Shown here piece after piece: positions 1-12,755 of a DNA stretch of 64,000 nt (position 1 is the first letter of the stretch; every line of letters starts with the position of its first letter). The position numbers and the translations under genes are program-made. The stretch lies in contig JBNRSN020000004.1 of assembly GCA_051313645.2 (NCBI GenBank), positions 14,136,001 through 14,200,000 on the forward strand, given 5' to 3'. The notes below the pieces were generated by a model. The model ran no database searches. It saw only the letters and a list, made by a program, of their open reading frames with translations, and was not told where the DNA came from. The DNA is from Centroscyllium fabricii. Taxonomy: Eukaryota.

Positions 1-1476
1 TTTCAGTTCCTCCCTTTCATCAGACCCTATGTTCCCCGACATCTCTGGGAGGTTATTTGTGTCCTCCTTTGTGAAGACAGAACCAAAGTATGCATTGAAT
101 TGGTCTGCCATTTCTTTGTGCTCCATTATAAATTCCCCTGATTCAGACTGCAAGGGACCTACGCTTGACTTCACCAATCTTTTTCTCTTCACATATCTAT
201 AAAAGCTTTTACAGTCAGTTTTTAGGTTCCCTGAAAGCTTACTCTCATAATCTATTTTCCCCCTCTTAATTAATTCCTTTGTCCTCCTTTGTTGAATCCT
301 AAACTGCTCTCAATCCTCGGGTTTACTGCTTTTTCTGGCCAATTTATATGACCTCTCCTTGGATCTTATGCTATCCCTAATTTCCCTTGTTAGCCATGGT
401 TGAGTCACCTTTATTTTATCTTTATGCCAAACTGGGATGAACAAATTCTGTAGTTCATCCATGCGTTCTTTGAATGTTTGCCATTGCCTATCCACTGTCA
501 ACCCCTTGAGTGACATTCCCCAATCAATCCTACCCAACTCGCACCTCATACCATCATAGTTTCCTTTATTTAAATTCAGGACCCTAGTCTCTGAGTCAAC
601 TACTTCACTCTCCATCTTAATGAAGAATTCTATCATATTACAGTATGATCGCTCTGACCTAAGGGGCCTCGCACAACAAGATTGTTAATTAACCCTTTCT
701 CATTACATAATACCCAGTCCAAGATGGCCTGATCTCTAGTTGGTTCCTTGACATATTGGTCCAGGAAACCATCCTGTATACACTCCAGGAATTCCTCCTC
801 CACAATATTGTTACTAATTTGGTTAACCCAATCTATATGTAGATTAAAGTCACCCATGATGACTGCTGTGCCCTTATTGTACGCTTCTCTAATTTTTTTC
901 GTGCCATCCCCAACCTCTGTGTTACTGTTTGGAGGTCTATATACCACTCCCACTCATGTTTTCTGCCCCTTGGTATCTCTCCGTTCTACCCATACAGAAT
1001 CTACATCAGAGCTAATATCCTTCCTTACAATTGTGTTAAACCCCTCTTTAATCAGCAATGCTACCCCACCTCCTTTTCCTTTTTGCCTATCTTTCCTGAA
1101 TATTGAATACACCCTGGATGTTGAGTTCCCAGCCTTGGTCACCCTGGAGCCATGTTTCCGTAATCCCAATCATATCATACCCGTTTACATCTATTTGCGC
1201 AGCTAATTAATCCACTTTATTACGAATGCTCCTCACATCAAGACACAAAGCCTTCAGGCTTGTTTTTTTAACGCTCTTAGACCTTTTAGAATTATTATTT
1301 ACTGTGGCCATGTTTGATTTAAACCCTTGGTTTCTCTGACTGCCACTGTTTGTTTTTATCCTTCCTGTCTTTTGATTTAATCCTTGGTTCCCTTTCCTCT
1401 GTCTCCCTGCACAGGTTCCCAACCCCCTGCCATTTTAGTTGGAACCCTCCCCCAGAGCACTAGCAAGCACTCCACC
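1..1476 (-). mobile_element. Degraded CR1 LINE fragment (APE endonuclease region of ORF2)
   Basis: Broken ORFs 310-1422 carry SIRNK, GGGVALL, VVYRPP, MGDFN and SDH motifs, interrupted by stops and frameshifts. Confidence 0.9.
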
Positions 1477-1538
1477 TAATGGCCAATCTGGGAAAAAGAA
1501 CAAATCGGTTTAATTCTTACTGTGTTACTATTATCCTC

Positions 1539-1890
1539 GATGTGGAGGTGTTGGACTGGGGTGGACAAATGTAAGAAGTCACACAACACCAGGTTATAGT
1601 CCAACAGTTTTATTTGAAATCACAAGCTTTCGGAGCGCTGCTCCTTCGTCAAGTGAAGTGAAGAGATGCATATAGGCACAGCATATATAGTCAGAAAACA
1701 ATGCTAGATGATTACAGGTAATTTTTCTAACTGCCCTTTATCACACCTCGGCTGAGAGATAATCACAGCAATCAAAGATGTGAATGGTGTCCAAACAGGT
1801 CAGTCAGCAAAACATTCCATCAAAGAACAATGAGGTGGGGTCACAAGGGGTCAAATGTTGCAGTGCTGGAGTCTGCATGAAAAACAAAAA
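1539..1890 (-). mobile_element. Penelope-like pseudo-LTR fragment with hammerhead-like motif
   Basis: Same sequence family as 24361-24980, 45503-45606 and 61593-61808; minus strand reads TTGACGA-AGGAGCAGCGCTCC-GAAAGCTT. Confidence 0.7.
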
Positions 1891-1919
1891 ACAAACCAGA
1901 AACCATTAAAAAAAAAAGA

Positions 1920-3470
1920 CATTTTATTTGCTGTAAATCACAGCAGGTCCGGCCGCATCGGTGTAGAGAGAACAAGCCAACGATGACTCGAGTCTGGATG
2001 ACTCTACGTCAGGTGGAGTTACATGTAGCGTGACACGAACCCAAGATCCCGGTTGAGGCCGTCCTCATGAGTGCGGAACTTGGCTATCAGTTTCTGCTCG
2101 ATGATTTCGCGTTGTCGTGTGTCTCAAAGGCCTGGCGATTGTTGTGCGGTGTCCGTTCATCCGTTGTTTCAGTGTCTGCATGGTCTCGCCGATGAACCAT
2201 GCTCCGGGGCATCCTTTCCTGCAATGTATGAGATAGAGTCATAGAGTGATACAGCACAGAAAGAGGCCATTTGGCCCATCGCGTCCGTGCCGCCCATCAA
2301 TCCCAGTCTATACTAGTCCCATTTTCCTGCATTTGGTCCGTAGCCTTGTATGCTGTGGCATTTCAAGTGCTCATCCAAATGCTTTTTGAATGTTGTGAGG
2401 GTTCCCGCCTCTACCACCCTCTCAGGCAGTGAGTTCCAGACTCCAACCACCCTCTGGGTGAAAAAGTTCTTCCTCACATCCCCACAATACCTCCTGCCCC
2501 TTACCCTGAAATTATGCCCCCTTGTTATTGACCCCTCAACCAAGGGAAAAAGTTCCACTCCATCCACCCTATCTATTCCCCTCATAATTTTGTACACCTC
2601 AATCAGGTCTCCCCTCAGCCTCCTCTGCTCCAAGGAAAACAACCCCAGCCTCTCCAGTCTCTCTTCATAGCTGAAGTTCCCCAGCCCAGGCAGCATCCTG
2701 GTGAATCTCCTCTGCACCCTCTCCAAAGCTATTACATCCTTCCTATAGTGTGGTGACCAAAACTGCACACACTACTCCAGCTGTGGTCTTACCAGCGTTT
2801 TGTACAGCTCCATCATAACCTTCCTGCTCTTATATTCTATGCCTCGGCTAATGAAGGCAAGTATCCCATATGCCTTTTTATCCACCTTATCCACCTGCCC
2901 TGCTGCCTTCAGGGACCAATGTACCTGCACACCAAGGTCCCTCTGATCCTCTGTCCTCCCTAGCGTCCTACCATTCATGGTGTACTCCCTTGCCATGTTA
3001 GACCTACTGAAATGCATCACCTCACACTTTTCAGGATTAAATTCCATTTGCCACTGTTCTGCCCATCTTACCAACTCATCTATGTCGTCCTGCATGTTGC
3101 AGATTTCCTCCTCGTTATTTACCAACCCCCCAACTTTTGTGTCATCTGCAAACTTACTGATCATGCCTTTTACATTAATATCTAAATCATTAATGTAGAC
3201 TACAAACAGCAAGGGACCCAACACCGATCCCTGCGGTACCCCACTGGACAACGTTGGCCGAGTCACATGAGTATGTACCATGTACCTGGTGTGTGGTGTC
3301 CTCACGTGTGATGATGGTATCTGTGTTGATGATCTGGCATGTTTTGCAGAGGTTGCTGTGGCAGGGTTGTGTGGTGTCGTGGTCGCTGTTCTCCTGAAAG
3401 CTGGGTAATTTGCTGCGAACGATGGTCTGTTTGAGGTTCGGCGGCTGTTTGAAGGCGAGTAGCTGTTTAA
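1920..3470 (-). mobile_element. Penelope-like element 3' part (GIY-YIG endonuclease), split by a CR1 insertion
   Basis: Minus-strand translation LLAFKQPPNLKQTIVRSKL...CKTC...YSCDSANV / YLIHCRKGCPGAWFIGETMQTLKQRMNGH joins across 2233-3250. Confidence 0.85.
2233..3250 (-). mobile_element. 5'-truncated CR1 LINE (RT C-terminus plus 3'UTR)
   Basis: [38 protein letters not shown]; CTCTATGA-type tail. Confidence 0.92.
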
Positions 3471-3544
3471 AAGCCTGTGGGTCACTTCTCCATGCTTTAC
3501 TTTCATCGGTGAAGCCTTGTCACCACATAAAAGAAAGGAATCAA

Positions 3545-3800
3545 AATCTTCTGTTTGTATAGCACCGTATCACACCCTTCAAATATCTCAAAGCATTTCA
3601 GATACAGTTAGTTATTTTGCCGTGCAGTGACTGCTATGCAGGCAAACGCAGCGACCATTGCTGTGCACAGCAAGATCCTACAAACAGCGACGAGAAGAAT
3701 CACCAATCCGTTTTTCTTGTTGGTTGTTGAGGAAGGAATGGTGGCCAGGGAACAAGGAGAAGTAGTACCACGGGATCTTCCCTGTCCACCTGACATACAG
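3545..3800 (-). mobile_element. Old Deu-SINE/L2-tail-like SINE remnant
   Basis: tatagcacc...ctcaaagcatttca...gcacagcaagatcctacaaacagc resembles the SacSINE1-type 3' region (recalled, not searched). Confidence 0.45.
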
Positions 3801-4155
3801 AAAACGAAGAAGTCAGTGGAAATAAAAATGTGGAGAGATGCAAAACAGGCCATCGATTCACTGTCACCCCTTTTACACTATTGCACAAAGTCAGAATCCA
3901 CCCCGCTGTGTTTTGTCAGCATTTGCTGTTTTCACTTCAGGCCTACTTAATTTGCATTTTGTGCCTTTTTTTCTCTCTCTGTCCATTTTCTCTCTCTCTC
4001 CCATTTTTGTTTGTGTAGACCTCGACCATGTCTTTTTACCTTAAACTATTGCTTTAGTCCTTTTAATCTGTTACCTTGCATATCATCTATGTTTTCGATT
4101 AAGCAGTTTGCAATTACACCCGCTCCATTTTTTGCAGTGAACCAAACACTAATAC

Positions 4156-4801
4156 AATAGCAAAATACTGCGGATGCTGGAAATCCGAACTGCCACACCT
4201 CTTCTAGGAATGCCCACCTTGAAGAAGTTCTGCTCTTCTCTTCGAGGGGATCTCCGTCTGGCTCTTCAACCTTGTTCATCTTCATTACTTTCAGTTTCCC
4301 TTCTGTGTTTGATCAGGTATCTGCCAAGACTCGGTTTCACAGACACATCATTTTACAGCCCTCTGGACTAAACACAGAGTTCAACAATTTTAGATCATAA
4401 CCTCGGCCCCTATCACATTCTTATATTTTCTCTCTCTTTTCAATCCACACTTTTGTTTTTTTTTCTCTTTTTTCTTCTCTGCCAGAGCCGTTCACACCTC
4501 TAGAGCCATCCTGTGTTCCTTGAATTTCTCTTAACGTCTCTCAATGTCTCTTAATCTCCCCCGCCTTCCCGCCTGTCGCTGACCTTCCCCTTTGTTCTTT
4601 CAGCCCCTCCCCCTTTCCCCAGCCCCCACAAGCTGTAAATTCTATCTCCCTGCCTGGCTTCTCCAGTTCTGAAGAAAGGCCATTGACCTGAAACGTTAAC
4701 TCTGCTCCTCTCTCCACCGATGCTGCCTGACCGGCTGAGTTTCTCCAGCGTTTTCTGTTGTTATATTTCGGATTTCCAGCATCTGCAGTATTCTTCTATC
4801 G
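4156..4801 (+). mobile_element. Penelope-derived element with short inverted ends and hammerhead motif
   Basis: aatactgcggatgctggaaatccgaa ... ttcggatttccagcatctgcagtatt inverted; ORF end GLNTEFNNFRS*; hammerhead core at about 4665-4704. Confidence 0.7.
4665..4704 (+). ncRNA. Minimal type-I hammerhead ribozyme motif (PLE type)
   Basis: AGTT-CTGAAGA-A-AGGCC/GACCT-GAAA-CG-TT-AACT: stem I AGTT/AACT, palindromic stem III, one mismatch in stem II. Confidence 0.6.
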
Positions 4802-4817
4802 AATTAATCTTAGCAAT

Positions 4818-5995
4818 GGACTCTTTGAAGGTGGCAGGGCAAGTTGAGAAGGTTGTTTAAAAAGCATATGGAATCCTTGGCTTTATAAATAGAGGCACTG
4901 CTTACAAAAGCAAGGAAGTGATGCTCCACCTTTATAAATCACTGATTAGGCCTCAGCTGGAGCATTGTGGCCAATTCTGGGCCCCACACTTTAGGAAGGA
5001 TGTCAAGGCCTTGGAGAGGGTGCAGAGGAGATTTACCAGAATGGCACCAGGGATGAGCGACTTCAGTTATGTTGTTAACTCGCTCACTCTGTGAGGAGGA
5101 CCCACCCTCCTGGGGGTCTGGGTTCTTACTTTAGGAGACCAAACACGTCAGTCACACTGTCACTTTCTCAGTAATACACAAAGTCAGAGACTGTAAAATT
5201 ATTAAAGTTTATTACCCGGTCCCGGTACTTCACTCTGAGAGACCCCTTGTGTTTGCACACAAGCATAGCAACCCAGAAGTGCGCCTCTCGCTCTGAGACT
5301 GCAATTATTTATACAATAGAAAAAGAGCTTGCAAAAAGATTAAACGTACATGCTCAGCGAATAATTCTGAAAAACGAAAACAACCAATGAAAAAAATATA
5401 GACAATACAAATCCAATTAAATGTCAACATCTTGTGTTGACTCCTTATCTTTGCAGCTGCAGCTTGTTATGAGAACAAGATCTCTAGACAGACTGTCGCT
5501 ATACTTTTTACCTCTTTGCTACCAAACGTTTAACCCATGTCAAACTATAGTAAAGCAATCTAGAATTAGCCAAAGTTTATCAATGTGGAGAGACGAGAGG
5601 TGTTGGAATTGTTCTCCTTAGAGCAGAGGTGGTTATGGGGAGATTTAATAGAGGTGTTCCAAATTATAAGGGGTTTTGGTGGAGTAAATGAGGAGAAACT
5701 GTTTCCATTGGTGGGAGGGTCGGTAACCAGAGGAGGCAGATTTAAGGCAAAATAACCAGAGTGGCGATGAGGAGAAATGATTTTCACACCGTGTTAAGAT
5801 CTGGAATGCATTGCATGAAAGGACAGTGGAACCAGATTCAAGAGTCATTTTCAAAAGGGAATTGGATATATTGTAGAAGGAAAAACATTTTCAGTGCTAT
5901 GGGGAAAGAGAGTAGGACTAATTGGATAACTCTTTTAAAGAGCAGGCACAAGTATGATGGAACGACTGGCTTCTTTCCGAGCTATATGATTCCAT
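4818..5995 (+). mobile_element. Old CR1 3' fragment split by a solo LTR
   Basis: KKAYGIL...RPQLEHCGQFWAP...LERVQRRF, resuming at 5583. Confidence 0.8.
5073..5582 (-). mobile_element. Solo LTR, 510 bp (ERV- or Gypsy-like)
   Basis: TG...CA ends, imperfect terminal IR, 4-bp TSD ATGT (5069-5072 / 5583-5586), AATAAA on the minus strand; cleanly interrupts a CR1. Confidence 0.8.
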
Positions 5996-6429
5996 GAATA
6001 TTCATTATTAAGTTGAGGGTTTGTTGTGATTGTAATAACCCACATGGGGAGTTTGCAATGTTGGGAGGTGACGTGTCGAACCATGCTTTTCCCCAAAGGG
6101 TAAACAAGAAGATCAGAGCAAGTAAACTTGGGTGGCTGAGTCATCAAATATTGGGTAAACGCACCATGGGTTTGCTGCTGAGCCATGAAGGCCAGAAGCC
6201 CCGGATTTGATCTCTCGACTTAGTTGATGTCAACCATGGCAGTGGTGGGAACGCCGCAATCAGGCATAAGGAGACAAAATAAATCAGCATCCAATGCACG
6301 TCTGCAGACATTGGGGAAAGGTTGACTTTTGGAGATAGTGTATAACGGGGGATATCAGACTGGCCACCCGTTGTACACTTCTCCCGCTCTTTTTGTTGCC
6401 ATTCAAGTGAATGGAAATTAAAATTGGGA

Positions 6430-7989
6430 GAGGTTCACAATGACTGGCCGTCCCAGAGGTTCACAGTGACTGGCCAGTCCAGAGGTTCACAATGACTGGC
6501 CGGTCCAGAGGTTCACAGTGACTGGCCGGTCCAGAGGTTCACAGTGACTGGCCAGTCCAGAGGTTCACAATGACTGGCCGGTCCAGAGGTTCACAGTGAC
6601 TGGCCGGTCCAGAGGTTCACAGTGACTGGCCGGTCCAGAGGTTCACAATGACTGGCCGGTCCAGAGGTTCACAGTGACTGGCCAGTCCAGAGGTTCACAA
6701 TGACTGGCCGGTCCAGAGGTTCACAGTGACTGGCCGGTCCAGAGGTTCACAGTGACTGGCCGGTCCAGAGGTTCACAATGACTGGCCGGTCCAGAGGTTC
6801 ACAGTGACTGGCCGGTCCAGTGGTTCGCAATGACTGGCCGGTCCAGAGGTTCGCAATGACTGGCCGGTCCCGAGGTTTGCAATGACTGGCCGGTCCCGAG
6901 GTTTGCAATGACTGGCCGGTCCCGAGGTTTACAATGACTGGCCGGTCCAGACGTCTGCAATGACTGGCCAGTCCAGAGGTTCACAATGACTGGCCAGTCA
7001 GGAGGTTTACAATGACTGGCCGGTCCAGAGGTTTACAAAGACTGGCCGGTCCAGAGGTTCACAATGACTGGCCGGTCAGGAGGTTTACAATGACTGGCTG
7101 GTCCCGAGGTTGACAATGACTGGCTGGTCCCGAGGTTGACAATGACTGGCTGGTCCAGAGGTTGACAATGACTGGCCGGTCCAGAGGTTCACAGTGACTG
7201 GCCGGTCCAGAGGTTCACAGTGACTGGCCGGTCCAGAGGTTCACAATGACTGGCCGGTCCAGAGGTTCACAGTGACTGGCCGGTCCAGTGGTTCGCAATG
7301 ACTGGCCGGTCCAGAGGTTCGCAATGACTGGCCGGTCCCGAGGTTTGCAATGACTGGCCGGTCCCGAGGTTTGCAATGACTGGCCGGTCCCGAGGTTTAC
7401 AATGACTGGCCGGTCCAGACGTCTGCAATGACTGGCCAGTCCAGAGGTTCACAATGACTGGCCAGTCAGGAGGTTTACAATGACTGGCCGGTCCAGAGGT
7501 TTACAAAGACTGGCCGGTCCAGAGGTTCACAATGACTGGCCGGTCAGGAGGTTTACAATGACTGGCTGGTCCCGAGGTTGACAATGACTGGCTGGTCCCG
7601 AGGTTGACAATGACTGGCTGGTCCAGAGGTTGACAATGACTGGCCGGTCCCAAGGTTGACAATGACTGGCCGGTCCAGAGGTTTGCAATGACTGGCCGGT
7701 CCAGAGGTTTGCAATGACTGGACGGTCCAGAGGTTTACAAAGACTGGCCAGTCCAGAGGTTTACAATGACTGGACGGTCCAGAGGTTCACAATGACTGGC
7801 CGGTCCAGAGGTTTGCAATGACTGGCCGGTCCAGAGGTTTGCAATGACTGGCCGGTCCAGAGGTTTACAAAGACTGGCCAGTCCAGAGGTTTACAATGAC
7901 TGGCCGGTCCAGAGGTTCACAATGACTGGCCGGTCCAGAGGTTTACACTGTGTGGCTGGTCCAGAGGTTTACAATGACTGGCTGGTCCA
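6430..7989. repeat. 26-bp minisatellite (GAGGTTCACAATGACTGGCCGGTCCA), about 60 copies, with a 468-bp higher-order duplication
   Basis: Direct inspection; identical ORFs at 6799 and 7267 are offset by 468 = 18 x 26. Confidence 0.97.
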
Positions 7990-8380
7990 ATTCTGTTTGA
8001 TGCTGTCGCCGAGTTAAAATGACCCAGTTGTGTGATGAAAGTTTCTGGTTCAGATGTGATGCCCATCATGCTGGTCATTGTATAGCTCACACATGAGTAG
8101 CGAGGAGGGGGCTGGTGGTGGGAAGCAGTGCTCTTATTCTTGGGATGGGTAACATTGGCAATGCCACATTTATTACCCAGCCCTGGTTGGCTTGCTCAGC
8201 TATCTCAGAGAACATTAAGAGTGAACCACGTAATGTTGCATGGGACCTAGTAGATGAATGAACAAGTTGGGTTTTTATGACAACCAGCAGCTTTCTTGGT
8301 CATTCCCCAACCCCCCCATAACGATGCCAGCCCACAAATAACCTCATTTATTGAAGTCCCTGGTGGGGTTTAAACTCGCA

Positions 8381-8665
8381 GGGGCAGAAATTTCTCTTGG
8401 GTAGAAACGCACAACGGTTATGCGCATTGCCCGCCGGTTATGCGCATTGCCCGCCGGTTATACGCATTGCCCGCCGGTTATACACATTGCCCGCCGGTTA
8501 TACGCATAGCCCGCCGGTTATACGCATTGCCCGCCGGTTATACGCATTGCCCACCAGTTATACGCCCAGCCTGATGGGCAGTTTCAATGGAAGTCAGTAG
8601 AACTGAATATCGGGCAATGCGATACCGTCTGCTGTGCGCTGCCGCTCGAGACACATTTCTACCCC
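8381..8665. mobile_element. Small Harbinger-like MITE with an internal 20-bp tandem repeat
   Basis: TIR GGGGCAGAAAT / ATTTCTACCCC; about 7 copies of GCCCGCCGGTTATACGCATT; no clear TSD. Confidence 0.55.
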
Positions 8666-9562
8666 CGTGATCTCTGGGCTTGCTAGTCCAGTACCGTAAG
8701 CCCTTCACTAACGTACCCACATGTGGAATTTGATGTGCGCAACTGCTGAAGAACGCCTGAAAAGGGCAGAGCGGCGTTGACGGTCTTTGGAGTAAATCAC
8801 TAGCTTGGTACCTCAAATTAAGACCAGCACATAACGTGGAGAGAAACAACGGATTACAAAAGCTAGAAAAGCAAGTGGGTGCTGCAAACTGAAGATGGTG
8901 AAATGGCCCCATTCTGTAGATTAAGAGAGAAACGCTACACGTCGCTGAAGGTGGTAATCCTAACAGAATATTTAGCAGGCGCTGTGTGTTTACTATTTCA
9001 GTATAGGTCACGGTATGTAAATGCAGATCGAGGGCAGCCTCCTGTTGTCCCAGCTGTATCTCATTTGCACTGTAACTGTTTCACTGGCAGGAGCAGATGT
9101 GCTGACTGCGTCCTAATAAGCAGGTTGTCCAAGCAGTCATGCAGTTTCCTTGTAATCAGCTGCAAATTACATCCCTGTGAAACTGCAGTCGTGGCGTGAT
9201 GCTCATTTATCGTACAGTGCGAATGTCATTGCCCATAAACCGCGCCAAGTACACTGACACTCAACACCTGTCAGCGCAATAACCCGAACAATGTGACAAC
9301 ACTATCAGCTTGGGTAAAAGGCACCCGTCGCCTGCTGTGCTAATAAGATGAGCAAGTCCCAGGTTGGATTCGTGACTTGTGACAATCCCAGCTCGGCAGC
9401 AGTTAGGCTGCCACAATGGACCTCAGTTCCCCTATACTAGGGAGGAGCAAAATCAGCCTCGGGTTGCTGCTCAGGCAGGATATATTGGCCTTGGAGCGCT
9501 GATTCAACAGAATGACTCCCGGGGCTTAGAGGGTTAAATTGCATTTTTTTAAATTTGTTCAT

Positions 9563-9966
9563 GGGCAGCACGGTGGCATAGTGGTTAGCACTGTTGCCTC
9601 ACAGCACTGGAGACCCGGGTTCAAATCCAGCCTCGGGTACTATCTGTGTGGAGTTTGCACATTCTCCCCGTGTCTGCGTGGGTTTCCTCCGGGTGCTCCG
9701 GTTTCCTCCCACAGTCCAAAGATGTGCGGGTTAGGTTGATTGGCCATGATAAATTGACCCTTTGTGTTAGGGGGATTGACTATGTGGGGTTACGGGGATA
9801 GGGTGGGATATGTGTCGGTGCAGGCTCGATAGGGATCGAGGGATATGGGGAGAGGGTAGGGGCGGGGTACTGGGTTTGGATGATCAGCCATGATCTCGTT
9901 GAATGGCGGAGCAGGCTCGAAGGGCCGAATGGCCTACTCCTGCTCCTAGTTTCTATGTTTCTATGT
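9563..9966 (+). mobile_element. tRNA-derived V-SINE (HE1-like) with CR1-type tail
   Basis: A box TGGCATAGTGG, B box GGTTCAAATCC, V-core TGTGTGGAGTTTGCACATTCTCCCCGTGTCTGCGTGGGTTTCC, tail (TTTCTATG)n. Confidence 0.92.
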
Positions 9967-10739
9967 ATGTGGGCGTCACTGGCAAGGCCAGCATTTATTG
10001 CCAATCCTTAGTTGCCCTTGAGATAAGGTTGAGGAATGACCTGATCGAGATTTTTTAAATGTTAAATGGATTGGATAGGGTATTCGATACAGAGAAGCTT
10101 TTTCCTCTGGCGGTGGAATCAAGAACAAGGGGGGCACAATCTTACAACTGGAGCAAAATCAGGAAGCAGTTTTTCACACAAAGGGTAATGGAAATCTGGA
10201 ATTCCCTCCCCAAAGGATCTCTGGATGCTGGGTCAATTGGAGCTTTCAAGGCTTAAGATTAAGATACACTTATATTCTATGCCTCAGCTAATGAAGGCAA
10301 GAGCAGGGAGGTTATGATGGAGCTGTACAAAACGCTGGTAAGGCCACAGCTGGAGTATTGTGTGCAGTTCTGGTCGCCACACTGTAGGAGGGATGTGATT
10401 GCTTTGGAGAGGGTGCAGAGGAGATTCACCAGGATGTTCCCTGGGCTGGAGCGCTTCAGATATGAAGAGAGACTGGACAGGCTGGGGTTGTTTTCCTTAG
10501 AACAGAGAAGGCGGAGGGGGGACCTGATTGAGGTGTACAAAATTATATGGGGCATAGATAGGGTAAATAGAAAGGAACTTTTTCCCTTGGTGGAGGGGTC
10601 AATAAAAAGGGGACATAGTTTCAAGGAAAGGGGCGGGAGGTTTAGAGGGGATTTGAGGAAGAACTTTTTCACCCAGAGGGTGGCTGGAATCTGGAACTCA
10701 CTGCCTGAAAGGGTGGTGGAGGCAGGAACCCTCACAACA

Positions 10740-12000
10740 GTAGGGGGCGCTGTGCTCCAGGAAGAACGGTCGCCATGAAGGCGAGCTGTCTCAAAAAGTA
10801 ACAGTTAGACCAACAATTCGGCGCCATCAGCCCTCAAGAAAATCGGGAGGGTGTCCAGTGGATGGCCTAGATGTCGGGATGCGGGAAGTTGCTTGATCGC
10901 TGTCAGGCGGGGTTCGATGGATTCGGGAAGCCTATTTGTTGTCGGGCCGTGAGGTAGGCCGCAGGCCTCCGAAATTCGCTCGAGGGGTACGGGAGTTCAG
11001 AGGAATCAGGGGAGCAAACATGGCGTTGTGCAGTGAGGCAGTCCCTGAGACATCGATCACCGATACCGGAGATGTGGTGTACGGGAGATATTGGGGGTGC
11101 CGGTATGGCGTGGTGCCGAGATGGACACCCCCCAGGATATCTGACATCACTTCGGGAATTCATTAGTTCGGGAGGTTTCGGGGTGCCAGCACGGCGTCGG
11201 GCCGTGAGGCAGCCCCCGCTCGAGCCATCGGACACCGCGCTTCGCATCTTCGATTAATGTCAACACTGGACTTAGTGTCGAATTGTAGTGTATGGAATGG
11301 AAGGAAGAGAAGGATAACATCATACTGAGAGGCCGGAGCAGCAGCGGACCCACGATGATGGCGCCGGAGTATGGCTGACGTCTTGCGGGATCCGTGCGTG
11401 CCGTGCATCTTAGTGTTCTTGTTGTTGTTGTTGTATGGTGCGTGTGGATAGCAAAAATGCATTTTACTGTCTAGATTTCTTATTTACTGCATGTAGATTT
11501 GATTTGATTTGATTCAATTTATTGTCATTGCACAGCAAAATACAGTACAACGAAATGTCTTTTTGCAACCTTCCCAAGAACGATGCAGTTGTTTAAAATG
11601 TCCATTGCTTTTAAGTCCCAGACTGTTCACTCTATGTTGGCCCTCTATGGTGCTCCGACCACGCAGGCACCGGCACTCCGACTCCGTTGGCCCCAGCGCC
11701 CCGAACCCGCCGACCTCCAGCGCTCCGAACTCGGTGACCACACAGGCACCGGCACTCTGTCTCTGCTGGCCCCAGTGCTCCGTACTTGCCGACCTCCAGC
11801 GTTTCGACCTCGGTGACCTCGCAGGCTCCCCAGTGATCCAACAAGTCCGACCCCTGTGCACCTCCACGCCGAACCCGACATCCCCACCGAGCTAACAGCC
11901 TCAGGACTACCAGCGGACAGCATCCCCGGGAGACGCAAAGCCGCTGCGTGTACACGCGCCGCCATCTTGCCTCCGTAACAATAAAATTTGAACTTGAACA
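10740..12000 (+). mobile_element. Non-autonomous GC-rich retroelement with Rex1/Babar-type 3' tail (itself interrupted)
   Basis: Ends gtaacaataaaatttgaacttgaac, like the tail at 61296-61316; no RT or EN ORF. Confidence 0.6.
11497..11975 (-). mobile_element. Non-autonomous Rex1-tailed element nested in the previous one
   Basis: Minus strand starts GGAGGCAAGATGGCGGCG and ends GCAATGACAATAAATTGAATCAAATCAAATCAAA. Confidence 0.65.
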
Positions 12001-12404
12001 TTCAAGAAGCATTTAGATGAGCACTTGAAATGCCATAGCACACAAGGCTACGGACCAAATGCAGGAAAATGGGATTAGAATAGACAGGGCTTGATGGTGG
12101 CACGGACGCGATGGGCCGAAGGGCCTTTTTCTGTGATGTAAAACTCTATGACTCTATGGAACTCCACTTTGGCACAAGTTAGCACCCTGGGACAGGAGGA
12201 GGTGAGAACAAGCAATTTCCTTTTAAATTAGCAGCATTTAAATAACTGATGACACTGAAATGGTTACAGGGCAGTAATCTAATTATTGTGTTCTGATGAC
12301 CTTTAAAAGGTAAGGCGTTTTAGTTCTGGTGAATTTTCATAGTTTTTTCAACCTAGTGTCAGCATCAAGCACTCCTTGTTCGGGTTTAACAGGAGGGTTA
12401 ATGT

Positions 12405-12755
12405 TTTTTTATTCGTTCCTGGGATGTGAGCGTCGCTGACAAGGCCAGCATTTATTGCCCATCCCTAATTGCCTTTGAGAAGGTGGTGGCGAGCTGCCTT
12501 CTTGAACCGCTGCAGTCTGTGTGGTGAAGGTACACCCACAGTGCTGTTAGGGAGAGAGTTCCAGCATTTTGACCCAGCGACGATGAAGGAACGGTGATAT
12601 ACTACCCAGTCAGGATGGTGTGTGACTTGGAGGGGAACTGAAGAGGTCGCAGGTTTGGGAGGTGCTGCCGAAGAAGCCTTGGCGAGTTGCTGCAGCCACA
12701 GTATGCCGGTGGTGGAGGGAGTGAATGTTTAAGGTGGTGGATGGGGTGCCAATCA
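12405..12755 (-). mobile_element. LINE 3'-end fragment (common shark repeat; copies also at about 9967-10025 and 55095-55350)
   Basis: ggccagcatttattgcccatccctaattgcc..gagaaggtggtgg recurs three times in the window. Confidence 0.6.

Larger units (their letters stand above)
10272..12160 (+). mobile_element. CR1 3' fragment with short 5' inversion, split by a nested insertion at 10740-12000
   Basis: ORF 10314-10778 is the CR1 C-terminus; it resumes at attcaagaagcatttagatgagcac; 10272-10300 is the inverted upstream piece. Confidence 0.88.

Noticed and set aside
6430-7989. CRISPR-like periodicity
   Set aside because: No unique spacers, no cas genes, vertebrate context
9563-9635. tRNA gene
   Set aside because: It is the tRNA-derived head of a multi-copy SINE
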